Part shown: piece by piece, positions 47,701 through 58,000 of the stretch
Position numbering within the stretch: position 1 is the stretch's first letter
Layout: each line of letters starts with the position of its first letter
Source: Phoronis australis
Lineage: Eukaryota > Animalia > Phoronida
Direction of reading: 5' to 3'
Length of the DNA stretch: 64,000 nucleotides
Assembly: GCA_002633005.1 (NCBI GenBank)
Contig: NMRA01000002.1
Coordinates: 1,336,077 to 1,400,076, forward strand
Translations under genes and position numbers: made by a program
The notes under the pieces: generated by a model
Told to the model about the DNA's origin: nothing
Seen by the model: only the letters and a program-made list of their open reading frames with translations
The model's database searches: none

Positions 47701-50700
47701 AATATTGTCAGTGTATTGCATTACCCGACTTTGTGGCCAGGGAACTGTCCATGTGTCTAATACTGTAACTAATGATATTTATTTTTGTTGTTTTGCAGCA
47801 CTAATTAATGGCCAAGAAAGAGACGAAAGTTTTCCAGGCAACAAGGCTATATTTAGTGGTAGGTTACTGTTCACCACAAATTGTTTTTAATGGTTTGTTT
47901 CTTTAGTGTTCAATTTCAGTGTAATCCATTGAAACAGTTGCTGTTTATGATATTTTTAATATTTCCCATGTTCAATTTATGAACAAAACAATAGTTTTGT
48001 TGAAGTGGTCTAGCCCAACCCATGCTTTTGAATGATGACTGAAGAAGGTATTGACGATTTTTTACTATTTTGAAATTTGTCCTGGCCTTTGATTCTTTAT
48101 TTACATTTTTGTGAAGAAATTAAATGGATTCAAAAATTGCATAGATGTCATTTTGATCTCGTCTCAGAAAATCCTTTACTCTCTGTCACTGTTCAGCACA
48201 CTTGAATAGTACTTAACTTAAAAACCCAAGATAGTCCATACGCATAAACCTCACAAACTGGTCAATATTTTCAAAATAGCCACGCCGTATTGAAATTCAC
48301 TATCCCACAAGACAGCAATCAGATCTTTGGTGGACAGGCATTCAGCGCCACCTACATGTCCCATGTAATGCCACTGGTATAAATAGCATTTCAACACCTT
48401 TCCTGCTATCATAATACTGGCAAATTTCCATTGCTGTGCGGTATGACTTGTGGAGAAAGGTAAACATCTTGAAATATCCGTGGATGAAGGGCATCATGTT
48501 CCACTGCGGAGAATAATCCGCACCCTGCAAAGTCGGTGGTTGCAAATGATAAAGCAGGAGAATTTTGATCCCAGCCAGTGTCAAAAATACTAATAATTAA
48601 ATTAGTGAAATTAAACTAATCAAACAATGGGAGGGGCCGTCTGTGGAGCTCATTTCTCTATTTTTAGATTAATGAACCACAGTGTAGTAATTGAATTTCT
48701 GTCTGCTAAATCTGAATTGGGATCAAGCGGAAGTCACTTTTGTGCTCTCATTATTCTAGAGAGCTCCGGTATGAAAAATTCCCTATAATCACACTGTAAC
48801 ACAAAGAGTCTTTGGCAGAATGAACAATTGGCCAGGTAGCCATACTGATTTTTCCTTTTAATAGGGATATAATGAATTTTTGAGAGAAAAAGTTCTAAGG
48901 CTTTGCTGTACACAAACAGAAAGCCTAGCTATTTTATAGAACTTAGTCCAATGTTGTTCTTACTATTTATTGTTACATGTTGCCATAACATGCACAGATT
49001 TTCTTTGAAAGTTAACCAAAAGTGGTATGAGGTGACTGCAAATCCTCAAACATGTCTATCTTGGTTCATAATTTCATAGTGATGGTGGTACACTTGAGTT
49101 TATTTCTTAGCCATATATTGATCAGTTCTTACACAACCCATGCAGTTTGAATTCTAATACAAATGAACTTCAAATCCTTGCCAGAGTTTTTACTTAAGTC
49201 AATGATAATATATTTTTTGATCAATATGTCTTCTGCCAAATTTCAAAAAAGAGCAAAATGCAAAATCTAAGGCTTTCTTCTTCTGCTGTTTATTGATGAG
49301 TTGAATTGGACTGTGGGAACTTTTTAAGAATAGCGGCAGTATTTTTGGAAAAAAGATTAAGAAAGAATTGATTTTTTTGTAAAATTAACATTTTTAATAA
49401 TGACTTAAAAACATTTGTCTTCAGTTGTTTTTTTCTCTCAAGTTTTGAGACCTCTCTCATATGCATAATGAAATTTAAGCATTTTAAAGAGCGAAATGGT
49501 CAGTGTTTCTATTTCTTTGAATGTTACAGAACCTCTCCATCCTGAATTATGTGTAGTGGTTGTGAAGTGTCTTGGAGTACACTGGGGTAGTCTATTTGTT
49601 GTGCGTGAACTTGGAATCTTGCTTAAATCTCAAGATCATGTATGCATGAACTTGGAATGCACGTGGAAACTTGACAAGTTCACTCAAATAATTGCGCTCA
49701 CGTTGACAAAAATTTGCACTGCACTAAATCAAACTAAACTAAATTTTAACCTATCTTTTTTCAACTCTTAGCGATCTCATTCACCAATAAATAATCGATT
49801 TAACCATTCACAAAAACCTCCGTTGGCACAAGTTATGGTAAAGGAAAAGAACGGCTCAGCATATTCACATCTGGTTTTCTGTTAGAACTGTCTATGTCAA
49901 CTGGGCTTTTATGTTCATCTGTTCATTACAGAGAATTACTGTGCCTAGTTAAGTCAATTAAATGCATTACATAAACCAAGGGTACAAAAGGTTCTGTAAT
50001 GGGTTTCAGAAGGTAAACATTTATAAAATCTCATGCATCTCGCAGGAAGTTGTCCATTTAAATAGCTGGTTGAGTGATGGTGTGCGTTCAGTAGACGCTA
50101 GGACCTACGCTAAAACCTAGCTAAAACCTAGTCAAAGTCACGTGTTCTCATTTAAAATGCACAGCAATATCTCACGTAATCTCGCACAGTCTTGCTTTTT
50201 AGCGAGGTCCTGGCGTTACTGAACGGGAGGCAGATTATTAAGTAGAGCTCAGTATTAGAAGCGATAATGATTCGAAGACCTGGTCATTCTCCTTAATGTA
50301 CATTTTCCAGGGGAAGACACTGTTGTGGTGGAGACCATACAAGGGTCGTCAGGATTTATACTGAAGGCGACATTGTCAAAGGGAAAGGAACACGACGATG
50401 TTGCTTGGCAACATGCTCAGTTGTTCCGCCAACCTGTGGGTGAAAAAGATGTCTATCCTTTTGATGTTCAGATATTTGTCAAAAAGAGCCAGGTAAGTTT
50501 TGAAAGTGTCTGTATAAAATAGTGTTTGTGTTTTATTATGTAGCCTTGGACTGGTCACTCTCATCAACACTTGGTGATACATATGCCATTTTAGTGATTT
50601 AAAACAACTGTGGTATTTATTCAGTGGTTGTGGTCTGTGAGTTCCAGATCATTTCCATTCGTTTGACATTCACCTTTTTCATTGGTAGCGCTTTTCATGA

Positions 50701-52031
50701 AAAATTGTGTTATAAGTTTATATTGTTAAATATTGATTACAAGCCATATTCTAGATTGGTCTTGGAATACACTTAGTTAACTCTTGTATTCCTTTATGTG
50801 TAGTCGACGGTATATTTCAGTGATCTCTGTCCACTGCTGTAATCATCTCAGTCCATATTTCTAGGACTGGCAGATGTTGAAGACCTCTGTGGAGGCTAAC
50901 AAGTACATGTATGACCATCGTCATCTTGCCAGTGACATTCAGTTCCTGGTAGGTGCAGATCACGTGCCCATTGACGCCCATAAGTACGTACTGATCTCAC
51001 GGAGTCCTGTCTTCTTCACTATGTTCTACGGAGGCCTGTCACCTGAGAGCGACCAGCCTGTTCCACTCCCTGATACAGAGGCATCGGCCTTCCTGGAGTT
51101 CCTTAGGTGAGTCACACTTAAAATTTCCCCTTTTAACATCCTGCTTGCAAACTACTCGCTGTTTGTGAGCCTGGTGATTGTAAACAATATAAAACAGATA
51201 ACACAAATAAGTGAAATCATATCATAAATAGCCCAGTGATTGCATGTTTAGATTTTTTAAAACTTTTACTTAGGCAGTGTTGTTACGCCATCAGCACACG
51301 GTGAATACAAGATTTATGTCGACCATTTGTCCATGATCGACTTGGCAAACCAGACATATTTGACATCACAATGACATAGATAAGCATGCATTTATTAGTT
51401 TAAGACTATGTTACATGCCTGACCTTCAGTGTTGACATTACCGAGTGTCAATACAGTGTCTGCCATTACAATCAGTGCTTGATAAAATACTGTTTTTACA
51501 CCTGCTAGCAGCGCCATCTAGTGGTCTGTTATTGTACCCACCATTTCTTGGATTCTGTTTTTCTGTGATATCTAAACTGTATGTTTTAGGTTCCTATATT
51601 ACGACGAAGTCAACATCAACCCAGACAATGTTTTTGAGATATTCTACACTGCTCAGAAATACCTAGTCTCATCATTGACCAAGAAGTGCATACGCTTCAT
51701 TGTGACTCAGCTCTCTATAGACAACTGCTGCTCTGTTCTTACACAAGCTGTGCTGTGTGACGAAGTACAATTGATGTCAAAAACACTAAGCTTCATGCTC
51801 AACAGCTTGAGCGAAGTTTACCAGAATGAGAGCTATAAGGACTTGTCTCTCCATGCGTTAGTATATGTACTAAAGAACTCTGACATTGACACCAAGTCAG
51901 CTCAGTTCCGCACAGTTTTTGATGTCTGGCTGCAGGAAGAGTGCACGAGGCAACAGTTGACGGTGTCGGCTAGCAGCAGACAACTAGTTACTTCACAGCT
52001 CAAGGCTCAGATACCGTCATTTCCACTGTAA
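41643..52031 (+). CDS. Myristoylation-motif + beta-barrel-like + PAW (PNGase C-terminal mannose-binding) + BTB-BACK fusion protein, 553 aa
   Basis: Exons 41643-41762, 44315-44608, 46895-47095, 47427-47607, 50311-50492, 50865-51106, 51590-52031; phases 0,0,0,1,0,2 all match; 1662 nt including TAA. The in-frame TAG at 41610 upstream of the ATG and the Kozak context atcATGG support the start codon. Confidence 0.78.
41988..42866 (+). mobile_element. Degenerate HINE-like element of a second family
   Basis: 5' TTATCCCCCG...GGGGATAT followed by a TGTC/TCCG microsatellite; 3' GGGGAT followed by the hairpin GGCGTCAATTGACTTGCC. Confidence 0.5.
44315..44608 (+). CDS. Fusion gene exon 2: ~98-aa Gly/aromatic all-beta domain of unknown function
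   Basis: tttcag acceptor, GTG|gtgagt donor; GQWAGVYSQYG...SGSGFDEIGPFEIHG...FDKKYIGRHTVQYAG...ISGLY. Confidence 0.8.
46243..46485. mobile_element. Foldback/MITE with ~80-bp inverted arms
   Basis: GAGTCTAATACTGGAATAAAAACTTACAAAAATTAGC...CTTCAGCTTGG is mirrored by CCAAGCTGAAG...GCTAATTTTTGTAAGCTTTTATTCCAGTATTAGACTC; no clear TSD. Confidence 0.75.
46895..50492 (+). CDS. Fusion gene exons 3-5: PAW domain (NGLY1/PNGase C-terminal mannose-binding domain homolog)
   Basis: Exons 46895-47095, 47427-47607, 50311-50492 give Y...DQYVR...GW...VW...MYRKVEYDWQMVYLSR...ICWKFD...STTFKTGKVSW...ATLSKG...DVAWQHAQLFRQ. This is colinear with the recalled NGLY1 PAW sequence (IFRKVETDWHMVYLAR, ISWKFE, SQTFQTGTVEW, DVAWQHTQLFRQ). 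Confidence 0.92.
50085..50225. mobile_element. Short MITE-like inverted repeat
   Basis: CGTTCAGTAGACGCTAGGACCTACGCTAAAA versus TTTTAGCGAGGTCCTGGCGTTACTGAACG; a related end motif near 61965. Confidence 0.55.
50865..52031 (+). CDS. Fusion gene exons 6-7: BTB/POZ + BACK domain (BTBD1/2/3/6-type), no PHR domain
   Basis: DWQ...N.YM...SDIQFLVG...AHKYVLISRSPVFFTMFYG...LPDTEASAFLEFLR|FLYYDEVNI...AQKYLVSSL...C; the BACK helices end at IPSFPL*. Confidence 0.92.
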
Positions 52032-52403
52032 TAGTCCTGCCCGTGTGCTTCAGCTCCTGTGCCCCAATGTTCAACTGTGTTGTGGAGAGACCGCTTGATG
52101 GGCATGACTGCGTGAGACTGTTGACTGTCTTGCTGTATCGAAGGTAAAATATCATTAACTTCAGCATGGAAGAAAACAAGCTTGCGACAGAGTTCTGAGT
52201 TGTAGAAATGATTGATTAACGCGCCTTGGTCCCTATTGTCATGAAATTATTCGCACCACCACACATGTTAAATTATTAGAGCCAGCACACCTTATTATGT
52301 TATCTCAAAATTGCGAAAAGTAAAGGTGTTAACAAAATTATGATACAACTGACAGATTTTCTGTTTCTTTATTGTTTTTTTAAATTTATTTCTGCATAAG
52401 TAT

Positions 52404-53645
52404 ATGAAATTCAACTTATGGCTATTGAGAACACAACATAAGAATCGTGTAATGTGAAGTTAAACTTGCCGTTATTGAGAACACAACTTAAGCATCATGT
52501 AACATGAAAATCAACTTGTGGTTATTGTTAACACAACATAAGCATCATGTAACATGAAGATCAACTTGTGGTTATTGTTAACACAACTTAAGCATCATGT
52601 AACATAAAGATCAACTTGTTGTTATTGAGAACACAACATAAGCATCATGTAACATGAAGATCAACTTGCCGTTACTGAGAACACAACATAAGCATGTGAA
52701 GTTCAGCTTGTGGTTTTAGAGAACACAACATAAGCATCAGGTAATATGAAGTTCAGCTTGTGGTTATTAAGAACACAACATAAGCATCAGGTCTAATATG
52801 AAGTTCAACTTGTGGTTATTGAGAACACAACATAAGCATCAGGTAATATGAAGTTCAACTTGTGGTTATTGAGAACACAACGTGAGCCTCATGTAATTTG
52901 AAGTTCAGCTTGTGGTTATTGAGAACACAACATAAGCATCAGGTAATATGAAGTTCAATTTGTGGTTATTGAGAACACAACATAAGCATCATGTGATGCA
53001 AAAGTTTCCTTTAAATGAGATAAGATCCATTTGGAGTAATCTTGAATTTCTCCAATGTCACATAATCAGTGTCTATTTATTAGGTTAATAGTCAGGGTAA
53101 TAACTATTTTTCATCAAACCATATGTAAATAGAGGTCTTGAAAGCATCCTGGCTGTACTTTTTCATTTCCTTTTGGGACATGAAAACTGATGGAAACCCT
53201 AAACTCTGAATAGAGGAGTAAAAAATGACTAATGTAGATTGCTGAATTGTCAATATTGGTCAAGTATAAGTGGTTTTGTCATTAAAAACCCAAGCCTTGA
53301 GTTATCCATTGGAAAGTATAGTTCCCAGCATGGTTTATCAGCTAGTTTTACTGCGTCACTGACTCACAATAGAAGCTGAGCCTGGAAGAATGTGGATAGA
53401 ACCTGTTGTGGTGATGGAATCTGGTTTAAAGGGCAATTTCATGACATGGTGTGATATGAAGTTCAACTTTTTGTTATTGAGAACATAACTTAAGTATCAT
53501 GTGACATGAAGTTCAACTTCTTGTTATTAAGAACATAACCTAAGTATCATGTGACATGAAGTTCAACTTCTTGTTATTAAGAACATAACGTAAGTATCAT
53601 GTGATATGGAGTTCAACGGTGGTCATTGAGAACATTACATAAGCA
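52404..53645. repeat. ~50-bp minisatellite in two blocks (52404-52998, ~12 copies; 53450-53645, ~4 copies)
   Basis: GAAGTTCAACTTGTGGTTATTGAGAACACAACATAAGCATCATGTAACAT variants. Confidence 0.93.
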
Positions 53646-54715
53646 GAAATGTTTGTCATGTTTGAGACTGAGATACATGAAGATTGAAGTGATTCTGTGG
53701 ACATACATCTGAGGTCTGTTTTGGACTTAATTTAGTGGTTGGGATAATCATAATGTGATACTCTTTATCTAACATGTTAAGGTCATTTTTGTGCAATATA
53801 TATACATGTTAACATTCTCTAGTCTTCGATTCTTAATGTGCTTGCGTTTTAGGCTGACTTCAATGTGCCCCTTTCCTTGCACTATTGTATTTTATATTAC
53901 GTCAATAGGTGTCACTGGATGCAGGTCAGTGTGAAAGGCAAACAGCCTGCTTGAAAAAAAATTGTGTTATTCAGAGACTTGGCTCTTATTTTTGAATAGT
54001 GTCTGGTCGTCCGTTATGGCAATTCAATTACAGCTTAGATCTCTACTTAGAGAGGTCGTGCCTCATCTCATCAGTTCAGGATTCCCTCTGAAGTTGTTTT
54101 GACCAAGAGGGCTGGTGAAATATTTGGCAACTGTTGAAGCGGCTATTATGGCAACTGAAAATTGGGGTGTCGAGGGACTGTACCTCAGACTTTACGACGT
54201 AGCACCCTGAGAATCCTTTATCCAGCACACTTTACAAGTTCTTGTTTTTAGTAGGAAAGTGATGTGTATGCACGGTGCATTCGATTTTCATGTACAGATA
54301 TCTGTTACCACTGACGAATTAAGATTTTTTTGATCGGTCGTCGCATAACCCGTTTTGCTTTGGCCGGTCTTCAGTCGTAAAATGCAGCCAGTCACACTCT
54401 CTATTTAGGGCAAAATGTCTAATTTACCCCCAAGGCCGTGCCGGAAGATAACATGTATTTTAATTTCATACAATCGGTCTTTAAGCATTCAGAACTAAGT
54501 TGTACGCCTCGTACTTTTAACTTTGTTTAGTATGCCCTGTTTATGGGAATAAACGGGAAAACGCAATGGCAAATAAACTGGGTAGAAGTCGGTTATCGGT
54601 TGTTGTGCATCCCATACAGCCATAACATGATATCCTATTAAATCATGCAGGTTGGGTTAACTAGTTATGTAGATGATATAAAAGTACAGAGCTAGCCCAG
54701 AGGCTGGAAAAAATT

Positions 54716-55023
54716 GCATGGCTACGCCTCTTAATCTCAGCTACTATTCCCTAAACCCCTGTCCCTTACCACCAAATACCAAACCCGCAGTTAAAATTCC
54801 ATCCCTGAGCAGGGATTGAAAATACTGCATACCTGGGGACCAAACTACATACCCAGGGACCAACTTTTTAGTTACACGGACCCATGGCGTGGTTTGGAGT
54901 TTGGTCACCCGCTATGGATTATTTTGGACGCGTTTGAAGAGATTAAGGGTGCAGGTGTTGGAATTGGGCCGGGACTATAGGGTTTAGGGAAGTGAAGCTG
55001 AAATTTAGAAGCGCAGCCATGGA
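54716..55023. mobile_element. MITE-like element with ~44-bp imperfect inverted ends
   Basis: CATGGCTACGCCTCTTAATCTCAGCTACTATTCCCTAAACCC versus GGGTTTAGGGAAGTGAAGCTGAAATTTAGAAGCGCAGCCATG. Confidence 0.55.
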
Positions 55024-58000
55024 ATCATTTCTTGCTCCCCCTACTATTGTATGTGCGTAACTAGGGTCATATGTGAAGCTGCGCATCTAGATCCGAAATA
55101 AGGCGCATATGCCTATATGCGAAACAGTTGAATAAAACCATGGACTTGAATATGAAAGTGCATGGTGAAATCGAGGAGCGGATCCTGATTGAGACTGATT
55201 TTTCTGTTCAGTTGCAAAACTGAAGGGCGTTCACGTGTATTCAATTTATACTGAAAAGTGCGAGGAATTATAGACAAAAATGATGATTGCATTTGTTTGA
55301 ACGTCGAGTATCGAAAACGAATGTCATACCGCCTCAATTTTACGAACGAAAGCTCAGGAAAAGGGCGATATAGGTCTACTAAGACGTGTCGAATTTATTC
55401 TCATTTTGGGAGGGAAAATTTTCCTAAGCACTTAGTCAAATGAGTATTTTAGCCGTTATTCAAACAATATGCGATATATGTTGTTAAGACGAAGTCGTCG
55501 GTCCTATTTACTTGTGTTACGTGTGGATCCAAGTTTTGCAAGGGATTTAGAAACGCGGAACAAGCACTAATTGTTTTCACATGTTGCGTCTCGCTAAATA
55601 AACATTGGTTCCAAAGGAAATTTTTGGCCATTCTAATTAAAATCGAGCCGCGGACAATGTCGAGACATCGCTTGAGATTTATAATGAGAACCAAATCCGC
55701 TGTGTTGTTTTATATCAATATGGGCAATGTTCTTTGTTTATGGGAGATTGGTGGTGTAGTCTTATTCTGTGATTTCAGTCTCATTGAATTAGCATTGGTA
55801 AAAATAACTTTTGCCTGGAAGGAATTTGGAGGCTTCCGTACCATTTTTTGACACTGGTGTCGTTGCAGAATTTATCACCAAACTAAAAATAAAAGGCGTC
55901 TTTTCCGTCAGCCGTCAGGCACACTTTTCCAGAAAAAGAACTGGAATAATAAAACTTCCCTCGTTGTTTTATTTTCTCGTGGCACATTCCGTCCTTAAAA
56001 TTTTTTCTTCACTAAAATTTAATACATCGAGTTTTAGAGTGCTCGTAAACTTTGTAGTCGACTAGTTTTGAAGTGGACATTGCTCTTGTACGCTTGTAAA
56101 TCAGTTGTTTTTACCGTGTGAACATTTTGCGGGATCATCATTGCTACGTTATCCATTAAAGGACGGACTGCATGGTCTTTTTGTAATGTGCACATGCGTG
56201 GTCTTCTAAATACGTCACAAATAATGAGCAAGGGTAAATAGCAACAGAATGTAAGAAATACTCCGTGCTTCCTGTTTAACGCCAGGAACTTGCAGTTTAA
56301 AACTTTAACTAACGGAAAATTCTTGAATGTTGGAAAAGTTCACAGTATACCAATATGATTTGCGAAATGGCTTTTTGATATTTTGAGAGAAAGTAATCCG
56401 TGTTCTGAATGTCAAGGAAATGAACAACTAGACGAACACGTTGGATTTACGTAAGTTGACATTTTGTTGCAAATTCACAGTGATCTCTCTAATGAAGACG
56501 CCTTGTCTCCATTTATAGCCTTAAGCACAGCGTCTAGGCATTCCGCCGGGAGTAAATAGCCCACAGCACTGTCCCTGGGGCAAAATATGTTTTCTTTAAA
56601 GTCTAATTTTTCTCCGTCCATTACGAGAATTGGTGGAATTAGTCTGATCAGCGTCTAGTTAAGTGCTGTCCACCGTTGGCTCCAAAGGAGGGAGGCGTCG
56701 TTATGACCAGAAGTTGGACAGATTGGGGGACCAAATGTGAAACTTATGTCGGACTGTTAATGCACTTGTTCAACACATTTAGAAAAATAGCCTGCGGACA
56801 TCGATCGCCGCGTGAAACACCACTGGAGAGATAACGCACTCGTCATGTCCGAGAAAATCGTTTACAAGTGACATTTATTCGTGCATGGTCAAGCATACCT
56901 GAAATAACGTATTATCATTTTTATCACTCTGAATGGAAGTGAAAAAATTAAAACATGTCAAACTTGGAAATGTTTGTGAAGTATTTGAAAAGTTAGTTAC
57001 AGTGGACATAATTCAAAAGTCATTTGTCGCAGTAATTACCGAGGACTTAAAAAAGCATAGATAACGAGAAAGGTCAAAACTTCTGGAACGGGCAGAATAA
57101 CCAGGTTATTGGGCTTTATGCAATTAGACTCAACTTTGCATAAATCGGACCTTGTACAATCGATAATCCAAAATCATTTGTGCAAAGAATTATGAGATGT
57201 GGAAAATCTTGTAATTTGTATGACTGACCAGTAACTAGCGGAATCTTGCAAAAATCTCTAATTTGCTATACTTATTAAAATAAATGACTCAAATTCGAGG
57301 AAAATGAAGACCTGAAGGTCACGCGTTATGAATTATTTGTTCAATAGGACCATGATTACGGTGTCCAGGCCTTAATAAATGTTGCCATGACAACCTGATT
57401 AAGTTTACTGGACAGCTACAAACTTTTTAGGATGGTCCCAGTTATTGCATAGAACTGTAGAGTTTGGTGGCTGTTGTGGTCTGATTGAAAATTTGATGTG
57501 AAGCTCAGGCTAACAAACCATGCCATGCTGTCATCACCACCAATCACGCATTATACCATCTTTAGTATATGCTAGCAATCAAACTCTAGATAACTTTACA
57601 TATAGTCAATATAAGTACGACGCTACGGTCCGTATTTAAATTTTGTAAGCGAACGATATTTTAGGCGGCTATAAATTTCCATTCCGATACAAAAACTTAC
57701 ATCACTTATGGTTCTGAAATTGTTTTCAAACTTTTCCTTAGTCGATTTAACGGTGGTGTTGGAATTAGAAAGAACGCTCAATTCGTCATTGCTTGATACC
57801 AGGCTCTACGAGATAAGTTGTCACGGCGGGTTATATTACATGTCTAGCATGATCTCGAGTAATGATGAACTGTCAACTTTGTCAAGCCCAGAAATCACGT
57901 CAGGATCAAGTTGAGACCGTATGTATGGAGGCGAGTAACTAAACACTAAAACACAGTGGGTTTGGTAACTGTTTTTCCGAACTATGGTTCAAAAATGGCA

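Noticed and set aside
46895-50522. Calling the gene NGLY1/PNGase
   Set aside because: Only the PAW domain is present; there are no catalytic or PUB exons, and the frame continues into BTB
50511-50522. CaaX prenylation signal in the read-through tail VCIK*
   Set aside because: Cys is at -3, not -4
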